DNA of 64,000 bases from an uncultured Candidatus Rokubacteria bacterium (GTDB taxonomy: Bacteria; Methylomirabilota; Methylomirabilia; Rokubacteriales; CSP1-6). The notes under the pieces are model-generated. The model had not been told where the DNA came from. It saw only the letters and a list, made by a program, of their open reading frames with translations, and ran no database searches. A program made the position numbers and the translations under genes. The stretch is from the NCBI GenBank assembly GCA_963771355.1, contig CAVYTA010000006.1:544001-608000 (forward strand), read 5' to 3'. Shown here one piece after another: positions 29,221 through 40,095 of this stretch; within the stretch, counting starts at the first letter, position 1, and every line of letters starts with the position of its first letter.

Positions 29221-29745
29221 CTAGCGGCGGCGCCGGCCGGCGGTGGGCGGAGCGGCGGCGCGACGCGCGGCCTCCGCTCGCCCGGCCATGCTCCAGATGG
29301 CGGTGCCGCCGCGCCAGCCGAAGAGGCCGATGCCGGGTCGCCCGCGAAGGGCTTCCGGCAGGTCGGCCTCGGGAATGGGAATGAAGCCGTTGCGTACCCA
29401 GACGCGATCCAGGCTCTGCGGTCGCGTGTAGAGGGTGATGATGCCCTGAGCCTCGGCAAGACTCAGGGCATCGTCGAGGAGCCGGGCCGCGATCTCGACG
29501 GCGGCGTCCGGATCGGGCGTATCGGAAGCCACCACCACGGGGCCGTAGAGCATGGCCGCGGTTTCCGCCCGCTCGAGCAGGAGGGCTCCGGCGAGCCGAT
29601 CGCCCTCCCACGCGCCCCAGCCGGCCGAGACCGCCAGCGCGGGCGGGAGCCACGCGCCCACGAATCCGAAGAGGTCCCGGGCGTCCTCCCCGGGAGCGGG
29701 AAGGGCTCGATACACGAGCCCCTCAGGATCGCTACTTCTTGCCAA
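29221..29745 (-). CDS. Hypothetical GNAT-fold protein
   Basis: Fills gap between HU and cofD; LLDDALSLAEAQGIITLY...WVRNGF resembles a GNAT C-terminal half; start uncertain. Confidence 0.55.
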   Translation of the reverse strand: MARSSDPEGLVYRALPAPGEDARDLFGFVGAWLPPALAVSAGWGAWEGDRLAGALLLERAETAAMLYGPVVVASDTPDPDAAVEIAARLLDDALSLAEAQGIITLYTRPQSLDRVWVRNGFIPIPEADLPEALRGRPGIGLFGWRGGTAIWSMAGRAEAARRAAAPPTAGRRRR

Positions 29746-30019
29746 GCACCGTGTCCTTGAGGCTCTTCGAGAGCCGGAACTTCACCACGCGCTTCGCGGG
29801 GATCTTGATGGGCTCGCCGGTCTGGGGGTTGCGGCCCATGCGCGCCTTGCGGTTGGCGAGGACCAGGCGCCCGAAGCCGGGGACGACGAAGACGTTCTTC
29901 GCCTCCTTGGTCGCGAGCGAGAGGAGCTGATCCATCAGCTCGACCACCTGCTTCTTGCTGAGATTGGACTTCTGCGCGAGGTGGCCGATGATGGCGGACT
30001 TGGTCATCGTTTTTGCCAT
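29732..30019 (-). CDS. hup: HU family DNA-binding protein
   Basis: MTKS, PGFGRL, RKARMGRNPQTGEPIKIPAKRVVKF. Confidence 0.95.
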   Translation of the reverse strand: MAKTMTKSAIIGHLAQKSNLSKKQVVELMDQLLSLATKEAKNVFVVPGFGRLVLANRKARMGRNPQTGEPIKIPAKRVVKFRLSKSLKDTVLGKK

Positions 30020-30081
30020 GAGGGAAGCCTCCGTTTCAGGGGTTGGGGTGAAAGGCCGGATCAAGCGGCGACTAGTGTCAC

Positions 30082-31347
30082 TCAACCGGCGGACGTCTTC
30101 AAGGGGTGCACGAAACGAAACTGCGTGGACGCAGTGAGCCTCCGGTATGAACCGAAGCGCGCTTCCGCGTCGGCGACGTTGTCGAGCGGCGAGGCCTCGT
30201 CGTCGTCTTCCGTCTTGTACACCTTGATGAGCTCGTACTCGGTATTGCGGCGGGCGGGGATGCGTCCCGCGTCGCGGACGAGCCGGCGGAGCTCGGCGGG
30301 CGGCACCAGCTGGCCAAAGCCCGCGCCCGCCGAGGTGGAGATGGACTCGTTGATGAGCGTCCCGCCGAGGTCGTTGGCCCCGCAGGTGAGGAGCTGCTGC
30401 GAGAGCTTCGGCCCCTCCTTCACCCACGAGCACTGGATGTTGCGGAAGCTCGGCCCGAGGATGAGTCGCGCGAGCGCGTGCATCTTGATGACCTCGAGCC
30501 CGGTGGCGCCCGGCCGCACGCCGGGGACCAGCCCGCGCTGGTACATCGGCGCCTCCGAGTGGATGAGGGAGAGCGGCACGAACTCCGTGAAGCCGCCGGT
30601 GCGGTGCTGGATCCCGCGCAGGAGATCCATGTGGCGGATCCAGTGCTCGGGGCGCTCGATGTGGCCGTACATGATGGTGGAGGTGGTGCGGATGCCCAGC
30701 GCATGGGCGGAGGTGATCACCTCCTGCCACTGCTCCACGGTGATGCGGCCCTTGGCGATGACGTCGCGGATCTCCTGATCGAGGATCTCCGCGGAGGTGC
30801 CGGGCAGGGTGCCGAGCCCCGCCGCCTTGAGCTCCCGCAGGTAGTCGGGGATCGCCATGCCCGCGCGCGTCGAGCCGTACAGTATTTCCTCGGGAGAGAA
30901 GGCGTGGAGATGCATCTCCGGCACCGCCGCCTTGATGGCGCGGCAGAGATCGACGTAATAGCTGCCGTCGAGCTTGGGGGGCAGTCCGGCCTGGATGCAG
31001 ACCTCCGTGGCGCCCATCTCCCAGGCCTCGATGGCGCGTCGCACCACTTCATCGAGGGGGAGAAAGTAGCCCTCCTCCTCGCGATGGTCACGGCTGAAGG
31101 CGCAGAAGGTGCAGTGCTTGATGCAGACGTTGGTGAAGTTGATGTTGCGGTTGACCACGTAGGTGACGACGTCGCCGGCCTGCCGGTGCCGCATCTCGTC
31201 GGCGACGAGGCAGAGGGCGTGGAAGTCGCGCCCTTCGACCTCGGTCAGCCGGATCCCGTCGGCCACCGTGAGCTCCTCGCCGTCCAGCGCGCGGCCCAGG
31301 ATGGTCCGCACCTCGGGTCCCGCCCAGTTCAGGTCCTTGCTGTCCAC
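30082..31347 (-). CDS. cofH: FO synthase subunit 2 (radical SAM)
   Basis: NRNINFTNVCIKHCTFCAF, PGTSAEIL, TSTIMYGH, GGFTEFVPL, NDLGGTL. Confidence 0.93.
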   Translation of the reverse strand: MDSKDLNWAGPEVRTILGRALDGEELTVADGIRLTEVEGRDFHALCLVADEMRHRQAGDVVTYVVNRNINFTNVCIKHCTFCAFSRDHREEEGYFLPLDEVVRRAIEAWEMGATEVCIQAGLPPKLDGSYYVDLCRAIKAAVPEMHLHAFSPEEILYGSTRAGMAIPDYLRELKAAGLGTLPGTSAEILDQEIRDVIAKGRITVEQWQEVITSAHALGIRTTSTIMYGHIERPEHWIRHMDLLRGIQHRTGGFTEFVPLSLIHSEAPMYQRGLVPGVRPGATGLEVIKMHALARLILGPSFRNIQCSWVKEGPKLSQQLLTCGANDLGGTLINESISTSAGAGFGQLVPPAELRRLVRDAGRIPARRNTEYELIKVYKTEDDDEASPLDNVADAEARFGSYRRLTASTQFRFVHPLKTSAG

Positions 31348-31371
31348 AGGTCTGTCCTCCGTCCTCAGAGA

Positions 31372-32568
31372 CTACCAGCTTCGCCAGCGCTCGAGGTCCT
31401 GACGGACGAGGCCGTCCGGACCGACATAGTTGGCCACGCGCGCGCGGAGCGCGCCATCCAGGAATTCGGGGCGGGCGGTGTACTCGGGGTAGATGGCGAG
31501 CCGCTCACGCAGCTCGTGTCCCGCGGCCTCGGTGACCCGGCGCAGCTCCCGCAGCAGAGGCCATGGCCGCTCGGGGTTGATGTGGTCGGGCGTCAGCGGC
31601 GAGATGCCGCCCCAGTCGTTGAGGCCGCCGGCGGGGAGGCCGCCGTAGCCCGCGTCGGCGAGATTGGGCGGAGCCTGGATGTTCATCTCGGCGCCGAGCA
31701 GGAGCCGCGCCACCGCGAGGGTTCGCAGGAGCTCCGGCAGGGTCGGGTCCGGCACCCCGCGCATCGGGATGGTGGGCTTGGCCCGGAAGTTCTGGATGAT
31801 GACTTCCTGGATGTGGCCGTGCTGCTCGTGCAGCGCGCGGATGGCGAGGAGCGCGTCCACACGCTCGGCATGCGTCTCTCCGATCCCGATCAGGATCCCC
31901 GTGGTGAAGGGGATCTGGAGCTTGCCCGCCAGGGCGATGGTCTTGAGCCGGCGCGCCGGGACCTTGTCGGGCGCGCGATCGTGAGCGAGGCCCGGACCGA
32001 GCAGCCGCTCGGAGGTGGTCTCCAGCATGATGCCCATGCTGACATTGACCTCGCGCAGCGTGGAGAGATCGCGCTCGGACATCAGGCCCGGATTGGCGTG
32101 CGGCAGGAGCGCGGACTCGTGCAGCACCCGCTCGGAGACGGCGCGCAAGTACGCGAGGGTGGTCCGGTAACCGAGGCGCCGCAGGAAATCGCGATGCTCG
32201 GGGAAGAGCGCCTCCGGCTTGTCGCCGAGGGAGAACAGCGCCTCCTTGGCGCCCAGGCGCTCGCCCGCCTGCACGAGCGCGATCACCTCGTCCGGCAGCA
32301 TGGTATGCGCGCCCGGCTGACCGGGGTCCTTCCGGAAGGTGCAGTAGCCGCAGTAATCCCGGCAGAGCGTGGTCAGGGGCACGAAGACCTTGGCCGAGAA
32401 GGTGAGGCGCCGGCCATGGCCGCGATCGCGAAGCGCGCCGGCGGGAGCGAGCAGCTCGGGGAGCCGCTCGTCCGGGGTGGCCAGGAGCGCCTCGGCCTGC
32501 GCGGCGTCGAGCGCGCGGCCGGAGGCGGCGCGCGCCAGCGCGCGATCCAGCGCCAGCGCGCTCATCAC
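31372..32568 (-). CDS. cofG: FO synthase subunit 1 (radical SAM)
   Basis: VFVPLTTLCRDYCGYCTF, PHANPG, PFTTGILIGIGE, QAPPNL, DHINPERPWP. Confidence 0.93.
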   Translation of the reverse strand: MMSALALDRALARAASGRALDAAQAEALLATPDERLPELLAPAGALRDRGHGRRLTFSAKVFVPLTTLCRDYCGYCTFRKDPGQPGAHTMLPDEVIALVQAGERLGAKEALFSLGDKPEALFPEHRDFLRRLGYRTTLAYLRAVSERVLHESALLPHANPGLMSERDLSTLREVNVSMGIMLETTSERLLGPGLAHDRAPDKVPARRLKTIALAGKLQIPFTTGILIGIGETHAERVDALLAIRALHEQHGHIQEVIIQNFRAKPTIPMRGVPDPTLPELLRTLAVARLLLGAEMNIQAPPNLADAGYGGLPAGGLNDWGGISPLTPDHINPERPWPLLRELRRVTEAAGHELRERLAIYPEYTARPEFLDGALRARVANYVGPDGLVRQDLERWRSW

Positions 32569-32996
32569 GCGAAGCTCCAGTGGCTGATGCGGCCCGGCGT
32601 CACCTTGATCATGGTGCCCGGCTCCGGCGGCAGTCCCATCCGGCGGTACTGCGGGTACTTGTCGAGGAGGAGCTCGGTGCCGCGCCGGTAATCCGGCCCG
32701 CCGGTGAGGATCTCCGCCCGGCCCTGGATGATGACCCAGCGCAGGCGACTCCAGTCCTCGTCGTACTCGTCGATGACGACACTCACCTTCGGGTTGGCCC
32801 GGATGTTCCGGACGCGGCGCAGCTCGCCGGCGGCGGCCCGCTTGGGCTTGGCGTCGATGGCGGAGAAGAGCGCCTCCCCGTCCCAGGCGTAGCAGAAGGG
32901 CACCACCAGGGGATCGCCGGTGGCATCCGCGGTGCCGAGGCGGCCCACGCGACCGGCGGAGATGAAGCCCGCGACGGGCTCGGGCAAGGCCGGCAT
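32565..32996 (-). CDS. PPOX-class (split beta-barrel) putative F420-dependent oxidoreductase
   Basis: AIDAKPK, LRRVRNIRANPKVS, DEYDEDWSRLRWV, KYPQY. Confidence 0.85.
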   Translation of the reverse strand: MPALPEPVAGFISAGRVGRLGTADATGDPLVVPFCYAWDGEALFSAIDAKPKRAAAGELRRVRNIRANPKVSVVIDEYDEDWSRLRWVIIQGRAEILTGGPDYRRGTELLLDKYPQYRRMGLPPEPGTMIKVTPGRISHWSFA

Positions 32997-33003
32997 GGGC
33001 CCG

Positions 33004-33969
33004 CTATCGCGGGAGTCGCTGGACTTTGGGACGCACGTCGCGGGCGAAACGCTCGAGGAGCGCCAGCGCGCCCTTGAGGTCCGTGGCGGTGAGGTCCCAG
33101 ACGAAATGCGTGACCCCGAGGCGCTGATAGGTGCGAATGTCCTCCACCACCTCCGCCACCGTGCCCCGGAACAGCGTCCGGTCGCCGCCCGCGGGCTTGG
33201 CGCCGCGCGGGCGGATCTCGAGGGGAACGCGGTAGCTCATGGTGATGGCCCGGGGGTCGCGACCCGCCTTGCGCGCCCAGTCCCGCACCACCGCCACCTT
33301 CTCCGCGTACTCCTTGGGCTCGAGCAGTCCCGGCGGGCGCAGCCCGATGGGATGCCAGCCGTCGGCCACCTGCCCCGCGCGCCGTAGCGCGGGCTCGGTG
33401 TGTCCGCCCGTCCACACCGGGATACCGCCCTTCTGGAGGGGCTTGGGCAGCGCGCTGACCTTGCCGAGCGTGTAGTACTGGCCCTTGAAGTCCACCGGCT
33501 CACGCTTCCACATCTCCCGCATGAGGCGGATGAACTCGTCGGTGACCCGCCCGCGCTCCTTGTAGGAGGGCGCGTTCAGCGCCTGGAACTCCTCCTCCAT
33601 CCAGCCCACGCCCGCGCCCAGGATGATGCGGCCGCCGGAGAGCACGTCCATGGTGGCGAGCATCTTCGCGGTGACCACCGGATTGCGATACGGGATGATG
33701 AGAACGCTGGTGCCGATGCGGATGCGCTTGGTCAGCGCGGCCAGGTGGGCCATGAGCGGCAGCGGCTCGAGATAGCCCTCTTTCCAGTCCCCCGCCACGC
33801 GGCCATTGGCCGAGTACGGGTACGCCGACTCGATCTCGACCGGGATCACGACGTGATCGGTGACGAAGACCGACTCATAGCGAAGGGCATCGCCCTTCTG
33901 CGCGAGCTTGAAGAGAATCTCGGGCTTCGAGAGCGGACCGCGACCTTGCAGGGCAAAGCCGAATTGCAT
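33004..33969 (-). CDS. LLM-class putative F420-dependent oxidoreductase
   Basis: VTDHVVIP, ATMDVLSGGR, GVGWMEEEF, PKPLQ, ADGWHP; first gene of the F420 cluster. Confidence 0.88.
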   Translation of the reverse strand: MQFGFALQGRGPLSKPEILFKLAQKGDALRYESVFVTDHVVIPVEIESAYPYSANGRVAGDWKEGYLEPLPLMAHLAALTKRIRIGTSVLIIPYRNPVVTAKMLATMDVLSGGRIILGAGVGWMEEEFQALNAPSYKERGRVTDEFIRLMREMWKREPVDFKGQYYTLGKVSALPKPLQKGGIPVWTGGHTEPALRRAGQVADGWHPIGLRPPGLLEPKEYAEKVAVVRDWARKAGRDPRAITMSYRVPLEIRPRGAKPAGGDRTLFRGTVAEVVEDIRTYQRLGVTHFVWDLTATDLKGALALLERFARDVRPKVQRLPR

Positions 33970-33976
33970 GGGCGCC

Positions 33977-34005
33977 ATATTGCGCGCCGGCCCTGAGCGT
34001 GTCAA
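33977..34005 (-). promoter_or_regulatory. Putative sigma-70 promoter of the F420 cluster
   Basis: Minus strand TTGACA-N17-CAATAT, 7 nt before the ATG at 33969. Confidence 0.5.
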
Positions 34006-34176
34006 GCACGCGAGGTCCGAGCACCCATCATCGGCCTCCAACCGTTCGGGATGGGTAAATGGTTTCCCAGTGCGCTTCAAATACTTGAACTACAATGAAT
34101 TACCAAGATTTGAAGTGTCACCCAGATGACACAAGGGTTGGCTTCATGCTAGGCTAAATGCGAGGTGGGAAAAGCC

Positions 34177-35535
<1,359 letters not shown>

Positions 35536-35668
35536 CCGTCCCACCTCGACACTCCGTCGTCAATCCCGCAACGCCGGCGCCCCGCGCCCTTGCGAGCTAA
35601 CTACGTGGAATTGTGGGTTCCTGGGTTAGGCAGCCTTATTGCTACCCAAGGGGCTGGACCGAATACGC

Positions 35669-36064
35669 ATGCCGACCATGTTGATCGTTGACGACGATCC
35701 CGCCTGGCGTGGGCTCCTGAGCGCCGAGTTCGAGGCCGGCTTCCGTCTGGTGGAGGCCAGCGACGGGATCGAGGCGCTCGCCCAGCTCGACCGCGCGAGA
35801 CCCGACATCATCGTCCTCGACCTCCGCCTCCCGCGCCTCAACGGACTGGACTTCCTGCGCGCGCTGGAACGTAAGGGGCTGGCGACCCCCGTGGTCGTCT
35901 GCTCGGGCCTCGTGACCGAGGACGGTGGGCTCGCCATTCCCGGTGTGAAGGCCGCCCCGAAAACCGCGGATCTCCGCCTGCTACGCACCGCCGTTGAAGA
36001 GACACTCGCGGCTACCGTCTCGGCTCCTCCCACCGTCCAACGGAGCGTCGCTCGCCCCAGCTGA
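35669..36064 (+). CDS. Single-domain response regulator receiver
   Basis: LIVDDD, PDIIVLDLRLPRLNG. Confidence 0.75.
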   Translation: MPTMLIVDDDPAWRGLLSAEFEAGFRLVEASDGIEALAQLDRARPDIIVLDLRLPRLNGLDFLRALERKGLATPVVVCSGLVTEDGGLAIPGVKAAPKTADLRLLRTAVEETLAATVSAPPTVQRSVARPS

Positions 36065-36077
36065 CTCCCAGCGCGGG

Positions 36078-36124
36078 TGCCTAGCGCCGAGGCATTTCCC
36101 GGACGGGTGCCCAATCTGTGTGCA
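36078..36124. promoter_or_regulatory. Tandem 17-bp NtrC-like enhancer boxes upstream of glnK
   Basis: TGCCTAGCGCCGAGGCA (36078) and TGCCCAATCTGTGTGCA (36108), 30 bp apart. Confidence 0.7.
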
Positions 36125-36157
36125 GGGATCGCCCCCTCCGCTTCTCGCATCGCCCTG

Positions 36158-36576
<419 letters not shown>

Positions 36577-36601
36577 AGCGCAGACGCGGCAAGGAGGATA
36601 C

Positions 36602-38098
36602 GTGGTGGTCAAAGGTGAACGGTGTCTCGTGATCGTGCTGTTGCTCACCGTGCTCGCGCTGGTGGGCACGTCGGCGTGGGCTCAGGCTCCGGCCACGCCT
36701 CCGGCGGCCGCGCCCGCGGCGGAGGCGCCCAAGGCCGACGCCCCCGCGGCAGCGGCTTCCGCGGCGGCGCCCGCCCCACCCAAGATCGACACCGGTGACA
36801 CCGCGTGGGTGCTCACCTCCACGGCGCTGGTGCTGCTCATGACGGCGCCGGGCCTCGCGCTCTTCTACGGCGGCATGGTGCGGCAGAAGAATGCCCTGGG
36901 CACGCTGATGCACAGCTTCATCATCCTGGCCCTCATCTCCATCCAGTGGGTGCTGTGGGGCTACACCCTCGCCTTCGGCCCCGACCGGGGCGGCATCATC
37001 GGGGGGCTCGACTGGATGGGCCTGCGCGGGGTGGGGCAGACGCCCAACGCCGACTACGCGGCCACCATTCCGCATCAGGTGTTCATGCTCTTCCAGATGA
37101 TGTTCGCCGTCATCACGCCGGCGCTCATCACCGGCGCCTTCGCCGAGCGGAAGAAGTTCTCGACCTTCATCGTGTTCATCCTGGCGTGGGCCACGCTCGT
37201 CTACGACCCGCTCGCCCACTGGGTGTGGGGCGTGGGGGGCTGGCTGCGCAACCTGGGGGCGCTGGACTTCGCGGGCGGGACCGTGGTCCACATCTCCTCG
37301 GGCATCTCCGCTCTCGCCGCCGCGCTCGTCATCGGCAAGCGAAAGGGATTCGGGCATCACCCGATGCCGCCGCACAACCTGCCCTTGACGGTGATGGGCG
37401 CGGGCCTCCTCTGGTTCGGGTGGTTCGGGTTCAACGCCGGCAGCGCGCTCGGCGCCAACGGGCTGGCCGGACACGCCTTCACCACCACGAACACCGCCGC
37501 GGCGGCGGCGGCGCTGGGCTGGATGTTCACGGAATGGAGCTCACGTGGCAAGCCCACCGTGCTCGGGGCGGCCTCGGGCGCGGTGGCGGGGCTGGTGGCG
37601 ATCACCCCGGCGGCCGGATTCGTCACCCCGCTGGCCTCGATCGTGATCGGCGCGGTGGCGGGGATCATCTGCTACAGCGCCTGCAACCTCAAGACGAAGG
37701 TCGGCTACGACGACTCGCTCGATGTGGTGGGCGTGCACGGGGTGGGCGGCACCTGGGGCGCGCTGGCCACGGGAATCTTCGCCACCAAGAGCGTGAACGA
37801 GGCCGGCGCCGACGGGCTTCTCTACGGCAATCCCAAGCAGCTGCTGTATCAGCTCATCGCGGTGCTGGTCACCATCGTGCTGGGCTTCGTGATGACCACC
37901 ATCATTCTCAAGGTCCTCGACGGGCTGATGGGCCTGCGCGTGAGCGACGAGGACGAGCAGGCCGGTCTCGATCTCTCGCAGCATTCGGAGACCGCCTACG
38001 CCCTCGGCGGAGGGACGGAGTATTCGCAGACGGGCGGCAGCGGCGGTGCCTTCGCGGAAGCCATGCGGGCGAGCGAGGCGAAGGCTCGCAGCCACTAG
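36602..38098 (+). CDS. amtB: Ammonium transporter
   Basis: [49 protein letters not shown]. Confidence 0.97.
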   Translation: MVVKGERCLVIVLLLTVLALVGTSAWAQAPATPPAAAPAAEAPKADAPAAAASAAAPAPPKIDTGDTAWVLTSTALVLLMTAPGLALFYGGMVRQKNALGTLMHSFIILALISIQWVLWGYTLAFGPDRGGIIGGLDWMGLRGVGQTPNADYAATIPHQVFMLFQMMFAVITPALITGAFAERKKFSTFIVFILAWATLVYDPLAHWVWGVGGWLRNLGALDFAGGTVVHISSGISALAAALVIGKRKGFGHHPMPPHNLPLTVMGAGLLWFGWFGFNAGSALGANGLAGHAFTTTNTAAAAAALGWMFTEWSSRGKPTVLGAASGAVAGLVAITPAAGFVTPLASIVIGAVAGIICYSACNLKTKVGYDDSLDVVGVHGVGGTWGALATGIFATKSVNEAGADGLLYGNPKQLLYQLIAVLVTIVLGFVMTTIILKVLDGLMGLRVSDEDEQAGLDLSQHSETAYALGGGTEYSQTGGSGGAFAEAMRASEAKARSH

Positions 38099-38105
38099 CG
38101 GGGAC

Positions 38106-38134
38106 TTGACGAGGCTCCAGGGGGGCACTAGTGT
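38106..38134 (+). promoter_or_regulatory. Putative sigma-70 promoter of glnA
   Basis: TTGACG-N17-TAGTGT. Confidence 0.45.
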
Positions 38135-38227
38135 TCTAGGCCGGCGGGGCAGGGACGCCCCGCCGGCTCCCGGTTTTGGATCGACGCCAATTCTCATCAG
38201 CGCAAATGTCATAAGGAGGATGGACGC

Positions 38228-39652
38228 ATGACGCCGAAGGAAGTGGTGAAGTTCGCGAAGGAGAAGGGAGTCAGGATCGTGGACCTCCGGTTCATCGATC
38301 TGCCGGGACTCTGGCAGCACTTCTCGATCCCCATGTCCGAGCTCAACGAGGGAATCTTCGAGGACGGCCTGGGATTCGACGGCTCCTCCATCCGGGGCTT
38401 CCAGACCATCGACGAGTCGGACATGCTGCTGATCCCGGATTCCACCACCGCCCAGATGGATCCCTACACCGCCGTGCCCACCATGGTGCTGATCTGCAAC
38501 GTCAAGGATCCGGTGACGGGGAAGGCGTACACACGTGACCCGCGCTACGTCGCCCAAAAGGCCGAGGCCTACGTGAAGAAGGGCGGGCTGGCCGACACCA
38601 TCTACATCGGCCCCGAGCTCGAGTTCTTCTTCTTCGACTCCATCCGCTTCGACCAGGGCTACAACCACGGCTACTACTTCATCGATTCCGAGGCGGGCGC
38701 CTGGAACACCGGCAAGGAAGGCACGCCCGACCGGCCGAACCTCGGCTACAAGCCGCGCTACAAGCAGGGGTACTTCCCGGTGCCGCCGATGGACCAGTTC
38801 CAGGACATCCGGTCCGACATGGTGCTGGCGCTGGAGTCGGTGGGGATCCGGGTCGAGGTGCACCACCATGAGGTGGCCACCGGCGGCCAGACCGAGATCG
38901 ACATGCGGTACGACACCCTGACCAAGATGGCGGACCGGGTGTGCTGGTACAAGTACTGCGCCAAGAACACCGCCAAGAAGTGGGGCAAGACCGCCACCTT
39001 CATGCCCAAGCCGCTCTTCCAGGACAACGGCTCCGGTATGCACACCCACCAGTCGCTGTGGAAGAACGGCAAGAACCTCTTCTACGAGCGGGGCGGGTAC
39101 GCGGACATCTCCAAGACCTGCCTCTACTATATCGGCGGCATTCTCAAGCACGCGCCCGCGCTGCTCGCCTTCATCGCGCCGTCCACCAATAGCTACAAGC
39201 GGCTGGTGCCGGGCTACGAGGCGCCGATCAACCTCGTGTATAGCCAGCGGAACCGCTCCGCCGCCATTCGCATCCCCATGTACTCCAAGGCCGAGGGCGC
39301 CAAGCGCATCGAGTTCCGCACCCCCGACCCGACCTGCAACCCCTATCTCTCCTTCGCGGCCTGCGTGATGGCCGGCCTGGACGGGATCGCCAACAAGATC
39401 GATCCGGGCAAGCCGGTGGACAAGGACCTCTACGAGCTGCCGCCCGCCGAGCAGAAGAAGATCAAGCAGCTGCCCGGCGCGCTGGACATCGTGCTCGACA
39501 ACCTGGAGAAGGATCACGACTTCCTGCTCAAGGGCGACGTCTTCACGCCCGACCTGATCGAGACCTGGATCGACTACAAGCGCAAGAACGAGGTGGATCC
39601 CATCCGGCTGCGTCCGCATCCGTACGAGTTCGCCCTCTACTACGACATCTAG
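38228..39652 (+). CDS. glnA: Glutamine synthetase type I
   Basis: [43 protein letters not shown], adenylylation-site DLYE. Confidence 0.98.
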   Translation: MTPKEVVKFAKEKGVRIVDLRFIDLPGLWQHFSIPMSELNEGIFEDGLGFDGSSIRGFQTIDESDMLLIPDSTTAQMDPYTAVPTMVLICNVKDPVTGKAYTRDPRYVAQKAEAYVKKGGLADTIYIGPELEFFFFDSIRFDQGYNHGYYFIDSEAGAWNTGKEGTPDRPNLGYKPRYKQGYFPVPPMDQFQDIRSDMVLALESVGIRVEVHHHEVATGGQTEIDMRYDTLTKMADRVCWYKYCAKNTAKKWGKTATFMPKPLFQDNGSGMHTHQSLWKNGKNLFYERGGYADISKTCLYYIGGILKHAPALLAFIAPSTNSYKRLVPGYEAPINLVYSQRNRSAAIRIPMYSKAEGAKRIEFRTPDPTCNPYLSFAACVMAGLDGIANKIDPGKPVDKDLYELPPAEQKKIKQLPGALDIVLDNLEKDHDFLLKGDVFTPDLIETWIDYKRKNEVDPIRLRPHPYEFALYYDI

Positions 39653-39670
39653 CTTCGTCCGCGCCTTTCG

Positions 39671-39710
39671 CCGCCTGCCCGCTCCCATTCGATCGGGGGC
39701 GGGCGGGCGG
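39671..39710 (+). terminator. GC-rich hairpin after glnA (terminator or stabiliser)
   Basis: CCGCCTGCCCGCTCCC-N8-GGGGGCGGGCGGGCGG, 16-bp stem with two G.U pairs; no U-tract. Confidence 0.5.
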
Positions 39711-39717
39711 CGCCGCA

Positions 39718-39764
39718 TGCCGCTTCGTTAGGCAGACCTGCCGAAGGTGCCGCGCCCGTGAGCA
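39718..39764. promoter_or_regulatory. Tandem 17-bp enhancer boxes upstream of the porin gene
   Basis: TGCCGCTTCGTTAGGCA (39718) and TGCCGCGCCCGTGAGCA (39748), 30 bp apart. Confidence 0.6.
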
Positions 39765-39968
39765 ATCCGTCGTGCCGGCCCGCGCGTCTCGCGCGCCGCC
39801 TGCGGATGCTGGACGGCGTGCCGGATCGCCATTCCCGGACGATTGCGGCTGCCTAAGTGCGCGCCATTACGAATTGGTGGCGGAGAAATCCGGCGAGGGA
39901 ATCGACGGGCCGGGGCCAGGCGACGCGCACGCCGGCCCCGATTCCAGCAGGGGCCGGGACGCCATCCC

Positions 39969-39985
39969 TTGGCACCAGAATCGCA
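39969..39985 (+). promoter_or_regulatory. Sigma-54 promoter of the porin gene
   Basis: TTGGCACCAGAATCGCA: GG-N10-GC. Confidence 0.7.
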
Positions 39986-40095
39986 CTGCCTGCCGTGACC
40001 GACGACGGTGGTTTCGCGTCGTCCGCCTGCTCGTGGGAGCAGAGGAGTCCGAGGGCTCACGACCGAGAACCCGGATCACGCGAAGGAGAACGCCG

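Noticed and set aside
30082..31347. MqnC/MqnE (futalosine pathway) instead of CofH
   Set aside because: Adjacency to cofG, cofC, cofD and cofE supports FO synthase.
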